Part shown: positions 50,941 through 64,000 of the stretch, one piece after another | Layout: each line of letters starts with the position of its first letter | How positions within the stretch are numbered: the stretch's first letter is position 1 | Source: Podarcis vaucheri | Lineage: Eukaryota | Reading direction: 5' to 3' (one strand) | DNA: 64,000 nt | NCBI GenBank assembly: GCA_965113315.1 | Contig: OZ220368.1 | Translations under genes and position numbers: made by a program | The notes under the pieces: model-generated | What the model was told of the DNA's origin: nothing | The model's input: the letters and a program-made list of their open reading frames with translations, nothing else | The model's database searches: none

Positions 50941-51067
50941 TGAAAAGGAATCTAAACTAAAAGCTTTGGCAGTGCGCACCTGGAAAAACTTTGCATAGCC
51001 ACTAGTTACAAGTCCTTGGGCTTATCAGACACGAAACACCACCATCCTGACTGAGCAGGTTGCTTAC

Positions 51068-51181
51068 CTGAGTGACTCTGTGCGATTGATCATTGGCTGG
51101 CAAGGTGGGGGAGAAATGTATATTATTGGTTCCTCCGTAACTACCATCAACGCTTTATTATTCGAAACTGAATGTTTATAC
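51068..51181 (-). CDS. ATF6: ATF6 exon (exon 11 equivalent): luminal domain with conserved Cys and NRT sequon
   Basis: (G)[37 protein letters not shown](R); 114 nt, phase 2/2; acceptor cccttctag, donor AG|gtaagc. Not in the ORF track. Confidence 0.95.
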
Positions 51182-52295
51182 CTAGAAGGGGGGAATACAA
51201 AGCCTTAGATATTTGTTCAAAGGAGACATACCTTGAAGAAAAGAAATGTGAAGATTGTGTATCTATATATATATATATATGCTGTTTAGTTTATCCTTTA
51301 TAGGATAATTTTATTTTGTATTCCTTTGAATATTTTTTTTATAGGCTGCATACCTGTATAATAAATTGATTTCAAACATGAAACATCAAAAATACAAAGC
51401 CATATAATAATACAAGGCTGTGAAACCATCTGTGGAAAGAAGAGCTGCCTCAGTTTTAGATCCCACCACCACCCATACTTCAGGACACAAATATGTCCCA
51501 GGAGAAAAGCAAACAAGTGCATCTAAGCTGTTATTGCAATGAGGGGATGGACTACACTATCCTCATTTAAAAACAAGCAAACTGCAAAAAAGATAACGTC
51601 AGCCCAAATTTGTCTCAATAACTCAAGTGACCAAAATAAAGGCATGCATAATCTGAAACTGATTTTAAGTGTTTTTACGTATGGAAGACTTTTTAATTGT
51701 TTTATATATGGAACTACTGCATAACTGCTTTATGAAATTGCTTAAATAGATTTTTATGGGATGCAATTCATAAATGGAATTAAAAGCAACCAATGGGCAA
51801 GTTTCAATTGCCAAAAATTATTCTGTTTCGCTCAAAGAATCTAGGACATTTTGTCCAGGATGGGAAAGAAAGTCTGGGAAATAACACGTAGGGACAAAGA
51901 TGGGGGCTGGGTTCTCTGGCTAGACCATTCTGTGGCCTCTGAGAGAAACTGTAAATGCAGTATACTTTCCAGGTTAAATATTTTTTTGTGTTAGGGTTGT
52001 GCAGTGGCAAGTGTAAAACATGAATCAGGTGCAATGCATTAACCGAGGAGGAGGGGAAGGGGTTCCACAGCTCTCAACAATATGAGATGGCATCCCTGGT
52101 TAGTCCCTCTCCTTCTCTTTCTGCTCCCCCCTGCAAAAAGAAAAATAGAATAAGAAATACCAGAAAATGTATATTTCAAGCAAGGAGCCACCCTTTGTAT
52201 ATTAAGTGTGTTAGGTGTGTGTATTAACTATATTTAATGTATATTATATATTAAATGTATATAAAATAAACATTAAATATACATTGATGGAGATA

Positions 52296-52533
52296 CAGTC
52301 ATACCTCATGTTACGGATGCTTCAGGTTACATCTTTTCAGGTTGCGTCCCACGGCAACCCGGAAGTACTGGAAAGGGTTACTTCCGGGTTTTGCCGCTTG
52401 AGCACAAGCGCTAAATCGCGCTTCGCACATGTGCACAAGCGCCAAATCACAACACGCACCTGCGCAGACACGGCGCTTCAGGTTGTGAACGGGCCTCCGG
52501 AACAGATCCCGTTCGCAACCAGAGGTACCACTG
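52296..52533. mobile_element. Tc1/mariner (Tigger-like) MITE
   Basis: TA-cagtcatacctc / gaggtaccactg-TA. Confidence 0.85.
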
Positions 52534-54374
52534 TACATAATTAAATAAAAATGCTCCGTAAAGGCTATTTTCATTCTTGTCCAATTGTTAGGCATGTAAG
52601 TCCAGGACTGCAACGGTCATGTCACTGCCCACAATAGGGAATACTTCCCCATCAAGGCCTTCCCCATCAAGGCCGGCACCATTATTTTCATCTAAGTTAC
52701 ATTGCTACTTTGAGACAGTGCTCGCATGCTCAACCAAATGACCTACCCCTGTACATTTCAAAGAAAAACCCTAAGGAATAGCTATCCGACTACTCCCTTC
52801 CAGTGCAGCAGATGCTAACCATTTTGAATGCTGTTTGTTTTGAACAGTTAGGCCCATGAAATGGGGGTGGTGAGGGAGAGAAACAGTAGTCATAATGGTT
52901 TAAAAGTAGATTAGGAAGTCATCATCCTAAAGCTGGCACTTGAAAAAAAAAGGAATGAAAGTTAGGGTGGAAGAACTGCAAGATACCAAATAGGAGGCCT
53001 TAAATATGGCAAATGGGAGGAGGGAGGAGACACAAGGTGGGCAGTCAGGATGCACGAGAACTGGCAGGATGGAGGTCCCACAAACGCTCAGTTTGGAGAG
53101 TGAGGTGAGGAGTGTATGGTGCCTGGCTGCAGATTAGAGCTGAGAAGAGGCCATTAAATGTGTCCAGAAAACGGTTCCTGGAACCTTGGGAAGCAGTCTC
53201 AGTGGAATGGAATGTGAAAAAGACAAACTGGAGAGGGTGGAGGGCAGGGGAGAAAACAGAGAAGAGAACTAGAGGCAGCAGGTGTAGATGAAATAAAACC
53301 ATGCCAGGCCAACCAACGCTCTGAGAGGCAAGACAGATGAGGCAACGACAACACCAGGAAGGAAAGGGCTGGGCAGGAGCGAAGGCCAAACAAAATGCAA
53401 AGGGGAAACCCACACCACCTCCATCGGCATCATGACCCGCTGTCTCTGTGATTTCAGATGCAGGCAAGACAGCAGATACAGGACCCAAACAGGTCAGGAA
53501 TCCATGGCATAACTTTACTTCTCCAAGCTCCTCTCCAAATGGTATTTATTCTGCAGAGCTCAAGCAGACACACAGCTAGTGCTCCTTCAAGCAGTTGTGC
53601 CTATAGAATCTTTCTCGCAAAGACATTACAAAGCTTCTTGTCTTGCTGCCTGCTTTCCAAAACATTCTCAGCTATTCATGCTTTCGGCACATCTGTGGCT
53701 GGCTATTAAAAAAAAAACGCTGGAAAGGAAAGGCTCCAATAGGATGGAACAACCTATTAGCTGAAAAAGCCAAAGCTTCAATCTGGAGATGATTAAGTGC
53801 ACATCTCATCTATTGCCTAAAGTAAACCTCTGTAACAAGCCAAAAAGAGCATTAGCAGAGAAGAAGGCAAATGCTTTTCAGGCTATACATGGAGCAGGCA
53901 GAAGCCACAGGCTCACTTGGGGCATCAGGAGCAAATGCACACACACAGAAACAGACCAAGAAGAGATGCAAACATATCCTTGAAATGCTCAGACAGTCAG
54001 ACACAGGAAGGAACCTTGTCTTGAACTGCTGGGAGTGGGGCAGGACGAGAGAAATGCTGAAAGCAGAATTTTATAAAGAACTAGATAATCTGACTATAAT
54101 CAGTATTTATTTTTATTATTTAATTTATTACCCACTCTTCACCCTAAGATCCTGGGGCGGGTTACAACATTACAGCACAATATTAAAAATAGTTTAAAAT
54201 AACTTACAATTACAGAAATAAGGCGGGTTAAAGTTTCTAAAAGCAGACTCTTCTGCAAAAGGTGTTTTTGCCTGGCAAAATAACTATGCATTAGTTGCGA
54301 GAAAGAGAACTTGAGAAAGTTACATATGTGTGTAAATCAAGGTGCAACCACTGGCCAAATTAAAAGAGACATTG

Positions 54375-54598
54375 TATTTATTCATTTCTATCCCACCTTT
54401 CCTCCGAGGAGCTCAAGGTGGCACACACAGTACTCTGCCTCTACATTATATCCTTATAAGAGCCCTGAGAGAGGAAGGCTGAGAGAGTGAAGGAGGGACC
54501 TGAGGTCACAGAGTGAACTTCATGGCTGAGTGGGGATTTGAACCCTGGTCTCCCTGGTCTTAGTCCAACACTCTGTAACCACTACACTTCGCTGGCTC
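54375..54598 (-). mobile_element. Older tRNA/MIR-like SINE (Squam2-like)
   Basis: Similar to 22168-22415; B box gggttcaaatccc on the minus strand. Confidence 0.7.
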
Positions 54599-54998
54599 TG
54601 ATATCTACAATTCCCCAACTTGATAATTTTCAAAGGATTTTATCTGTGTGGGTGCTGCTTATTGGATGTTAAGATGGAGCCGAACACACCCAAGCATACC
54701 ACCTCTCTCTCCAGTGGGCCCTCATGGCCCACAGCTGGGACCTAGCCTGCTCAGCCACCTGGGGCTGTGTACACGCAAGCTTCAGGATCCTCCTCAGGCA
54801 CAGAAGGGTGAGGGGAAATGGTATAACAAAGACTGGCAAGCAGTATGAAGCCTCTGGATTGGTCAAACCTAGCATAAAATACCAGGAGTTTGGCCTTCTA
54901 CCACTGCCTGGTCAAAGAAGTCGCTTCTACCTACTGCTCTTCAGGTTCAAGTCCTCAACTCTAGTTCCAGTAGCAGAGAGCAGGAAATCAAGGTGTAG

Positions 54999-55002
<4 letters not shown>

Positions 55003-55046
<44 letters not shown>

Positions 55047-55062
55047 CGCACGTGCGTGTGTG
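55003..55062. repeat. Compound (TG)n(CG)n alternating purine-pyrimidine tract
   Basis: Read directly from the sequence. Confidence 0.93.
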
Positions 55063-56324
55063 ATCCCCATTCCAGATTTTGGGACAGTTCTTCACAATCC
55101 CAGACTTGCCTTGACATGACAAGGACTTCTCAAACTACAATTTTGAGAACTGAATTCCTTTTCATGCCTATTGTTTCATGCCAGAGCTATAAAGTGTGTC
55201 AGTCTGTCCTGTGCAGAAGGAAAACTAACCTGCCCACAAATGCCTTTCCAACTTTACTCCTAGAAGTTGCTGCAATGTTTGGAGCGCACATTTTCCAGAT
55301 GGAGGCTACAGCTGAAGGAGCTATTTGAAATTGGGGCTATTTTTTTGAGTTTTTTCTCTGAACAAAATGTATGTTGATCCAATACCCCAGAACAGCAGAC
55401 CCAGATGGTCAAAGACATTTTTCAGCAATACTAGAGAGATTCATAATGGAAAAACATCAAGTTGCATGAAAATGAGCTGGAACAGTGTATGCCCTGGAAG
55501 GCTGTAGGCTAAAGACAGAAACCAGGATAGAACGTGCTTCAAAAAAGCACATATGAGCGAAAAACTAGGAGAGGGGCCTCTGCTGGCATCTACATACCCT
55601 CCTAAGAAATGAAGTATCTCTTACACTGAAGCTGAAAGGGGAAAGATGTGCAGCATGCTTTCTGCAAACAGGATAGCTCTTGAGCCCCAAAGAACTGGAG
55701 CAAAAAGCTACTGCTACAATCAACAATACTATTTCAAATTATTATTTGGTGTCAGCACACAGGATGCAGCCAGACACTGAACCCTGTTAGAGACACAGAA
55801 AGCTGGTTTGTGTCAATTTAACATGAAAAGTGGAAAGCAATTTTGTTCAGAAATGCAGCTCTTCACACCACATACACTCAAACACATTCAACTGGCCAAA
55901 AATAACCAAGAGCACTGACTGGCCATGTGTCCCACTCGCCAGGTCAAACCCTGTTCTCTATCAAATGAACGTGGCTTAAGCCCCACACCCCTATTAATTT
56001 AGTCTGGATTCTGGTCTTGCTTTTCCCCTGTTCCCCTGACACTTGCTTCTCCAATTCATGCCTATATTTTGCTAAGTTCTTCTACTTCCATGCACCTTTC
56101 AACCCCAATTCCTATCTTGGCTCTTCTCCTGCACTGTTGGCCCATTTGCTCTCTCACTTCCAGTGTCAAGCACCCAGACCACCACCATCTACAACCTGAA
56201 GTTTGCTTCCAGCTTTGATCTTTCTGCCTGGTCTTGGCCAGATTCAGATGTACATTGAACTGGATATGGAGATCAAATCAGGACAAAGATAATCTGGTAG
56301 TTATCTGTGTTATATTATCCTAAT

Positions 56325-56570
56325 AAATGAGCCTGTCAGAATTTCTGCATTTTGCACCCACAGTATATTTTTTTTACAGGCAGTCTCACCAAGAGAGTAT
56401 TACAGGAGTCCAACCTGGATGTGACCAAAACAAACATTACCATGGCAGGTTCAGTGTCAAATTCCCTCCAAAAACATGCTTCCAACACAGGCCGTGCCCC
56501 TCTCAACAAAGAACAGCAGAGGAGTCTTGCCACATTGAACATCAGAGGTGCTCAAAGGGCTATACACTTC
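56325..56570 (-). mobile_element. Old L2 fragment
   Basis: LVTSRLDSCNTLLVRLP motif. Confidence 0.6.
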
Positions 56571-56879
56571 TCAGTCCTGACTTGGGATGAAGTGGGGTTC
56601 AGGGGCAAGGCCCTGACCGCCTTCACAGCTCAAAGATGAGAAGGGGGTGGGATGAGGCCATTATGTTAGCTGCAGAAGTGCTTGGGAAGCACAGTGCCTC
56701 ACTATTTTCCAAGCATCTCCAAGCCAAAAATATAATATACACCCACCATCATTGAACACAATCATGGACCCTGGGTCCAAGTGAAATTGTTAAGCACTAT
56801 AACCCCACCCATTTACTGCCTGTGTATGTATAAGGTGCTGGAAACAGGAAGCCAAGATAATGTATGCTTTAATACTCAC

Positions 56880-56999
56880 CCATCATTATTCCTGCCATCT
56901 GTTTCCTGAGGTACCCTTGCAGAGAATTCAAGAAGGTGCCTGCTCTGGTGGGCAGAACTACCACGAAGTTCAGTAGAGCTGGGGCCCCATTCAAGCACA
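56880..56999 (-). CDS. ATF6: ATF6 exon (exon 10 equivalent): contains S1P site RHLL
   Basis: (S)VLEWGPSSTELRGSSAHQSRHLLEFSARVPQETDGRNND(G); 120 nt, phase 2/2; acceptor tttcag, donor GG|gtgagt. Confidence 0.93.
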
Positions 57000-58178
57000 C
57001 TGAAAGCAAAAGATAAAGCTGTGAGTTTCAGGAGTGAACCACAGCCAGATTCCCCCATTCATTTACCTATACTATAGCTTAGCTGAACCTAGGCCTGGAA
57101 CATTTGAATTGGTTCACTGTTCAGATTTGGCAACTCCTTAGCCAAGGCAGATCTTAAATTGATTTACAGCATTTGTACAATTTCTCACTTGCCCTTCACC
57201 ATAAGGTCCCAGGGTGGGTTACATTAACAGCATACACAATTATAAAAACAGACGGAACCATTATAACAATAAAACAAGGAAAGTTGTTCCAAATGGAGAA
57301 CAGTAATTTAAAAAGTTGTTGTAGCTATAACTGGAAAATCCCTGCCCATCTCACCTGAAATATCAACCCACTTAAGCAAGACACTATTCTCTTTGCCTTA
57401 GCACTTCTCCACACTGGCTACATGGTTATTATAAGGTTTATAGCTATAATATGCAAACTGCATTGAAAACTGCTATATAAATCAGGAGAAGGGAACCTCC
57501 ACTCCTCCAGATGTTGTACTCCAATTCCCATCAGCTCCAGCCAGCAAGGTCAATGGCCAGGGATGATGGAAGTTGTTTCACTACCCCAATAAAATGCTTA
57601 CTATTCTTGATAGCAAAGCCTCACCAATGGAATTCCTTGCCTAGGAAAAGCCATATGGTTACTGCATTGTCTTCTTTTAAGAGACTACTAAACAGCACCT
57701 TATTTAGTTGAAAACAGTATTCTGCGAGTCTGATTTTAGTGTGGTGTTGAGTTTTGTCATTAAGTATTTGGATTTTTTTAGCATTTTGACATACTGATGG
57801 CATCTTGCTAGAAGGCATGGTTACTGGTCATTAACTATCTCTGTTCAGGGCTACAGAACAACAGAAGTACCAGCAATCAAAATCCAGAGAGAGCGTATTT
57901 GGGTGTGGCTTGCATTCTTAACCCCAATCAAATTAGAAATTGGCATAGTTCTGAACTGGTTCACATGCAGTTTTATACAGCTAGTTCAGCTTAACCCTGG
58001 AGGGGCTGTTATGGAGGGGGGTGTTTCTGTTTTTATATGTTGTATGAAATGTTAATGTTTTAAAGTATTTTTTTCTTTTCTTCCACCTGTGCAATGTACT
58101 GATATATCTTTTTAACTGTAAGTCACTTGGAGACCTTTTAGGCAATAAATAATTAGTAAGTTCTACAGTATTACTCTA

Positions 58179-58541
58179 GGGACGCGGGTGGCGCTGTGGG
58201 TAAAAGCCTCAGCGCCTAGGGCTTGCCAATTGAAAGGTCGGCGGTTCGAATCCCCGTGGTGGGGTGCGCTCCCGTTGTTTGGTCCCAGCGCCTGCCAACC
58301 TAGCAGTTCGAAAGCACCCTCGGGTGCAAGTAGATAAATAGGGACCGCTTACTAGCGGGAAGGTAAACGGCGTTTCCGTGTGCGGCTCTGGCTCGCCAGA
58401 GCAGCGATGTCACGCTGGCCACGTGACCCGGAAGTGTCTCCGGACAGCGCTGGCCCCCGGCCTCTTGAGTGAGATGGGCGCACAACCCCAGAGTCTGTCA
58501 AGACTGGCCCGTACGGGCAGGGGTACCTTTACCTTTACCTT
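58179..58541 (+). mobile_element. Sauria SINE (young)
   Basis: Intact head and tail; 12-bp TSD tacagtattact. Confidence 0.93.
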
Positions 58542-59984
58542 TACAGTATTACTACTACAACCACTACTACTACTAATAATAATAATAATCAAACATAGGG
58601 ATCACTGGTCCCTGTCCAAACAAAATTCTACCAGACAGTACAAAACCCATGAATGAGCCTATTTGGATGCCTGGTCAATGACTTCATTCACCACATGATG
58701 TGTTTCACAACACAAATTGTGGCCTCATTAGCAAGTAGCCTTCTATAGCCTTTCAATAAATTGTGGACATGCAATTATACTGGACTCTTGAGCCACATTC
58801 CCAGGAAAAACATGAGTTTAAGATTTGCACAGATAACTGCAAGGAACAGAAGATAGATGTACTGCTGCCCATGACAAGGATACATTGCAGACACAACACC
58901 AGCCTCCTGCAAGCTATGCTCTGCACATCAGGAGCCAGACTCATTAATACATTACTCCACACTTCTCCAAAGGTATTTTCTTCCTCCTAAAATTAGCCAC
59001 AGTGTCTCAAAAACAAACTATTGTTTCCTCGTAGAGATAGAAACCATGGTGTGAAAAAATATTTGCAAACCAAGTATGCAAAGGATCTTGCACACATGCT
59101 TCCTGCCAATGCACAAGTAATACAAAGCTATGGTTAGCAACAGGAAAGGAAGATGAGGCTGGTAAAAACTGTCCTAGCCTACTTGGGTAGGGGGGCAGGA
59201 TATAAAATTAATACCATGTGCATCCTGAGCCCCCTGGAAGAAAGGCAGGGTAAAAATGTAATTATTCCCTACTCTTGTGATCAGAATTGGTGAAATTCAA
59301 GGAGAGAGCAAAGGATAATCAGCCACCTTGTGAAATCAGATGGTGGGTAAGAGCATGGGTGAAGCAGAGAGCCTGCCCTCCAGCTTCCTTGATTAGCAAA
59401 GCACACGTTTGCCCAGTGACACTTTCTCTGTCAAACTGATGGATTGGAAATCCATCTATGCCAGCAAACTTAACTGGGTCTGATTTGTAAATCTGGCCAA
59501 AAAACAAACCCTTGTGCAATTAAAATGTCAGATTTTTTTAAAAAAAAATCTAAGCAGTACAGTAACTGCTCTGCTCCAGCCAACAGTGATATCATCTGAA
59601 ACATATGCCTGGTTATAAAAGTTTTCTGAGGACAAAATAATCCTTGAATTAGAGCTGGGAAGCTTCCAACAGCATAAATGAAAAACTGACAAGGGCTGGC
59701 CAATGCCAGGAGCAGAGACTGCTCCCCCTTCGGACAGAACTTCCACAACACTTCCTCCAGCCAGCCCATTCTTGTAAATTAACCTGGTTAAGGCACCATC
59801 TACTGGGCCACTTTAGAATAAACATTGGAATCTTTCATCTTCCAATCAGTGCTGAATACAGATACAAATAACTGCTGGCCTTTCTCTTTTCGGAAAGAGA
59901 GTGGTCACTGCTTCATTACCCCAGTATAGGACGACCTGATTTTTTTGCTTTGACTATAAAACAGCATGCAGCACAAACTTACAC

Positions 59985-60123
59985 TTGGCTAGAGCATGGT
60001 GCTGATAACACCAAGGCTGCAGATTCAATCCCTGTATGGGGCAGCTGCATGTTCCTGCACTACAGAGGGCTGGACTAGATAATCCTCAGGATCCCTTCCA
60101 ACTCTACAATTCTGTTATTCTAT
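59985..60123 (+). mobile_element. tRNA-head/CR1-tail SINE (Squam3-like)
   Basis: ggctagagcatggtgctgataacaccaagg...ttcaatccc head, followed by CR1 3' stem and ttcta tail. Confidence 0.75.
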
Positions 60124-61097
60124 AGTCGCTCAAAGTGAGCCTCACCATGTTCAATAGTGTACACAGAGTTACAGTCTTAGTCTGCAAAGAGTTTTTAGAT
60201 CAACATCTGTAGACTGCCACACTACACAGTGGCAAGTGTGAAGAATTTCTCTTTTGCCAGCTAAACTAATGGCTCTCAACATTAAATAGCTCTTTGTCCA
60301 AATTTCCCCCTTGGTTTCTTGAAAAGCAGAGATCCCACAAGTGATATTATCTTTTCTGACTGACTGCTCAAAAGGCCAGCGGTTGTGTCTGACATAAACT
60401 GGCCCAGTTCAATGAGTGACTCTGGCCATCCTTTTTCCACTATTAGAGGGCAGAAATTCAGAGTGGCTCCTTTCGCTGGCGCTACTTCTCATATATAACA
60501 TTCTCAAGTTGCATTTCCCATACAACCTTGCCTCACTTTCCATGGAAGGACACCGACATGGATGGCAAAGGCACCAATGAGAGATCTGCATTTCAGAAGA
60601 ATAATCCATCCAGCTACTGACAAATTCAGAATTAGTCCATGTGAGGGAAAACAACAGCCACACTCTTTTTAATGTGATGGCTCAAAGTTATCACTGGATC
60701 TTCCAGAAGAATAGACATAAGAGAAAAGCTTGCTCCTGACACTGTCATTGTCTTAACTTTATTTTCAAACTTTCTGTCATCAGGGAACCTTTTCCATGCT
60801 GGTTTGAAATGGCAAAGAACCTTTGTGCTTCTGCCTTGCAGTCTCCATACATTGGAATAGATGCTGTTGCAGATTCTAGTATGAGCAACTGATTCACCCA
60901 AAGTGTTGGCCAGGTTTACTGAAAAATGCTGTCCTGTGGATTCACGCTGTAGTGAGATATCAACAATTAGGAGATTTTACCTATTGACCTCAGTAAGCCA
61001 CCAGAGCTTGAGAATAAAAATCAAAGGATGCATCTCTGTTTTGAAACCAACTCTGGGTATATTGTTGCCTGATGAGGGTGTTGGAAAGGAGCCTCAC

Positions 61098-61189
61098 CTT
61101 AGTCTGTCATAATTCAGCATTACGAAGGCTAGGAGCACCATCACACAGAGTGCTCTTCTCTTTGGAGGGGAGCCTTTGAGATTCTGGTT
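61098..61189 (-). CDS. ATF6: ATF6 exon (exon 9 equivalent): transmembrane segment
   Basis: NQNLKGSPPKRRALCVMVLLAFVMLNYDRL(S); 92 nt, phase 0/2; acceptor ttttccag, donor AG|gtgagg. Confidence 0.95.
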
Positions 61190-61815
61190 CTGGAAAAGAA
61201 GAAAAGCATTAGAGAAAAGTAAGAGTGAACGCAGACAGCATTTCCCCACTCCTTCCAACATTAAGAATGCCATTATTATTTGTGCCAAAAGGGGGTTGCA
61301 GCATCAATCATAGTGACTTAATAGTGTTGACATTCCTCACATATTCACCCAAATACAGCATCAGCTGTGATCTTGATTAACAACCAACAGGGAAAACAGA
61401 ACTCTATTTGATCTTTCAACGGCATCCTTCTCAACATACTTCAGATTGCTTAAGTGACCCCATATTCTTGGCAGAGAGGGCCTTGAAGAGCACATGCGAA
61501 TCCTCAAGGCTGAACATGTCTACCCTCCAATTCAGATAGCATAAAAAATTCTGCATACGTATGGAGGGCAATGCTCCCAATGTCCTCCTTCAACTGATCT
61601 AGGTCCCAAAGCCTTGGTTCTTAAGTGGTACATGGGCAAGTGAAGAAGAGGATGCAGAGTGATCAACCACATCTGAATCCATATAAAGCAGAAGTTGCCA
61701 TGATCAGCAGATTCCCCAGCATAGAAATGCTTATTAATCCAGGTTCCCTTGTCAGCACGTTACCACAGTAAACAATCTCCTTCAACATGCTTATTTCTCA
61801 CAACCCCACACCTAC

Positions 61816-62001
61816 CTCCACTGCCAGTTCATCCAGCTGCCTCTTCAGAGTGCTATTCTCTCTCTTAAGGTGATCGTTCTCCAACAAGGCTGACTTCAAC
61901 CTGGCCTCCAAACCCAGCATATATTCTTTTTTCTTCCTGCGTGATTGACAAGCTGATTCACGGTTCTTTATCATACGTTGCTGCCGTCTCAGAACATTCA
62001 T
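61816..62001 (-). CDS. ATF6: ATF6 exon (human exon 8 equivalent): basic region/leucine zipper
   Basis: Translates [62 protein letters not shown]; 186 nt, phase 0/0; acceptor ...catag, donor GAG|gtagg. Confidence 0.97.
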
Positions 62002-63810
62002 CTATGAATGAGGGACAGGGAACTTGTTAATGCTATAATGCTATCATACTTGCAAAGAAAGGGGCACGTTGTTACATAAGCAATGAAGTTACACATTGGG
62101 AGAGGGGAAATTGGGGGGAGGGAGCCAACGAAATTCTTACCATGGCTCTTGTTGCTTTGATCCAGAACTCTTATTTCAACTTCAACCTTCTCTAAATTTG
62201 ATTAAGATGCATTCACCATGTAAGCGACACTGCATTTAAAACCACGGTGTTCTTTTCAGTCAGACACAGCTTTATTTAATAATCCTATTTATTTGTAATA
62301 CACAAGCCAAACTCTCCTGAAATGTTTTAAGGCTTGTATTTCAGTCTTGGCTATTTACAATGTTTTATAGCTTGTATTTCAGCCTTGGCTAATCTAGCAT
62401 TTAAATGCTCTGCAAATAATCTTGCAATTTATTCCCACAGAACACCGCTGGGAAGCCCCCAATATTTTGGCTTGTGTTTCTTTAAGGGAAATGGAGCTTT
62501 GACTCTTCTCTGGGAGTGTTGTGGGTTCCTTCCTATCTAGCTTAGTCAGAGACATTTTGCCTGGTTATGTTTACAATCTGGTGACAATTGACAAAGCCGG
62601 GGGGGGGAGGCTATGCTTTCTGAATCAGCAGGCTGATGAAGAGAGAGGCTCAATGAAGCTAAATTTTCAAGTCTCCCTGGCTTGAGGGAAACCTGGAACT
62701 GGAAGCACTCTTGGATCCTGTCACCCTCAATGACCCCAAGGCACCAGGTGAATGGCACCAGAAGTGACCTGACATACCATTAAGGTGTGAGAGAAGTGAA
62801 GGGGTCAGCCAAACAAGCAAGTCAACAGGTGGCATTCTTTGAACCACCCCAAGATATTATGATGAAGGGCAGTATATAAATCTAATTAACAACATGTGAC
62901 AGAGGCTTAGTTCTCACTGAACTGCACTACTTCTGACGACATGTTCCTCTATGCCCCCACAATCTTTCCACACCAAAAACTAGGATAAAAACAAAGTTCT
63001 AACATTGTTTAAAATTGTCCCTGGCTTTTTAAAATGCAGGGCAGTCCCTGCACTCCATCCCCATGTAGACCTTCAGTTTGAAGTGGTCCAGCCCAGTCAT
63101 AGTTTTACCACCGTAGTGATAATTACCGCCTACTGGGGAAGTATGGGAAGACAGGGCATCTAACCAGTTTCTATCTATATTGCAGACCAGTGAAAACTCA
63201 TTCAATGCAGTTGCAGCCCTCTATTGAACCCAACTCTTGTGTCTCGCAGCATCATTACTGGGATTGGGGACAACTTGCAGTTTTCTGGTCGGAGAGGGAA
63301 ATTGGGAGAGAAGGTTTTAGTTCTCACCTGCATTTCCAAGTGCTGCATCTTTTTTAAGTGGCTGAAAATAGGACAAAAAAAATGGAAATGCATGGCTAGC
63401 CCTGAGATGGCTGGCAAAATCCCTGAGGCAGCAACTTCCAGGGAGGGTGGGGACTGTGTCTCCTGGTACAGAAAAAACAGCTCAACAAAGCTTTGCTCCT
63501 CTGCCCTGCAACCACACTCAATATTCCAACAATAACTTCAGCATAACTGGGAAAAAGAAGTTCAACAATGCCATCTACATACAGATTTTTCTTTTAAGAG
63601 GATTGATAAAATCTTGGGGCAGGGAAGAGGATGGCTCAAACTGGCGCATCCTTGCAGCCACATCCACCTCCAGGAGAAAAAATCAGGAAATGAGTAAGTC
63701 AGGAAAACAGATCAGGCACAACATTGGAAATAGGAAATAGGCATAATGGTGGAAACAGTGTGTCCAGTTCTGTGTTTCCTTCATAATCCTAATGTGTGGG
63801 TGGGATCACT

Positions 63811-64000
63811 TTTTAAAATAGATTTTATTATATTTCCACAAATTTCACATAACCATAATACAATAATCTTTAATTATTTCTGTTGCTCATAGTTCAAATC
63901 CTGCTCATGAATTCATCATATTATAGCTCTTTAAATAGTCAAAAAAAGGCTACCATTCCACCATAAAACAATCATCATTAAGTTCTCTTATTTTACATGT
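63811..64000 (-). mobile_element. L1 ORF2 C-terminus/3' end, cut by the window edge
   Basis: TCKIRE....F..EW*PFFDYL...AGF motif. Confidence 0.6.

Noticed and set aside
12644-58541. tRNA genes suggested by A/B boxes
   Set aside because: All are SINE heads with SINE bodies, tails and TSDs.
62141-62229. Possible extra ATF6 exon (tgcag acceptor, strong ATG|gtaaga donor)
   Set aside because: 89 nt, stops in all three frames, weak pyrimidine tract and no similarity to ATF6 exon 7; at most a cryptic or poison exon.
1-64000. CRISPR arrays, operons, or ERSE/UPRE autoregulatory sites
   Set aside because: Eukaryotic intronic DNA with no repeat-spacer arrays; no exact CCAAT-N9-CCACG noticed, though a by-eye scan is not exhaustive.

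Overview
Vertebrate, non-prokaryotic DNA. The repeat content (Sauria/Squam SINEs, BovB, L2, CR1, L1, DIRS, Penelope, hAT and Tc1 MITEs) points to a squamate, probably a lacertid lizard (inference). The whole window lies inside the ATF6 (ATF6-alpha) gene on the minus strand. Eight coding exons, equivalent to human exons 8-15, have canonical GT-AG sites and consistent phases; they encode the bZIP, the transmembrane segment, the S1P site RHLL and the luminal domain. Exons 1-7 and the last exon were not found in the window. Almost all ORF-track entries are spurious or TE-derived. Most notable observations: (1) two independent, apparently young Penelope insertions stacked in one (TA)n tract in intron 15. 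Each is a fold-back (217-bp and 477-bp arms) with the same 28-nt tail; together they carry four minimal hammerhead-ribozyme cores and an uninterrupted GIY-YIG domain. (2) A tailless 43-nt U5 snRNA retrocopy with a perfect 16-bp TSD. (3) A 157-bp identical tract between two inverted, otherwise diverged L2 copies 13 kb apart. (4) The ATF6 S2P motif NYGP is replaced by NYDR. The individual components belong to known families; novelty would lie in the arrangements and is untested.
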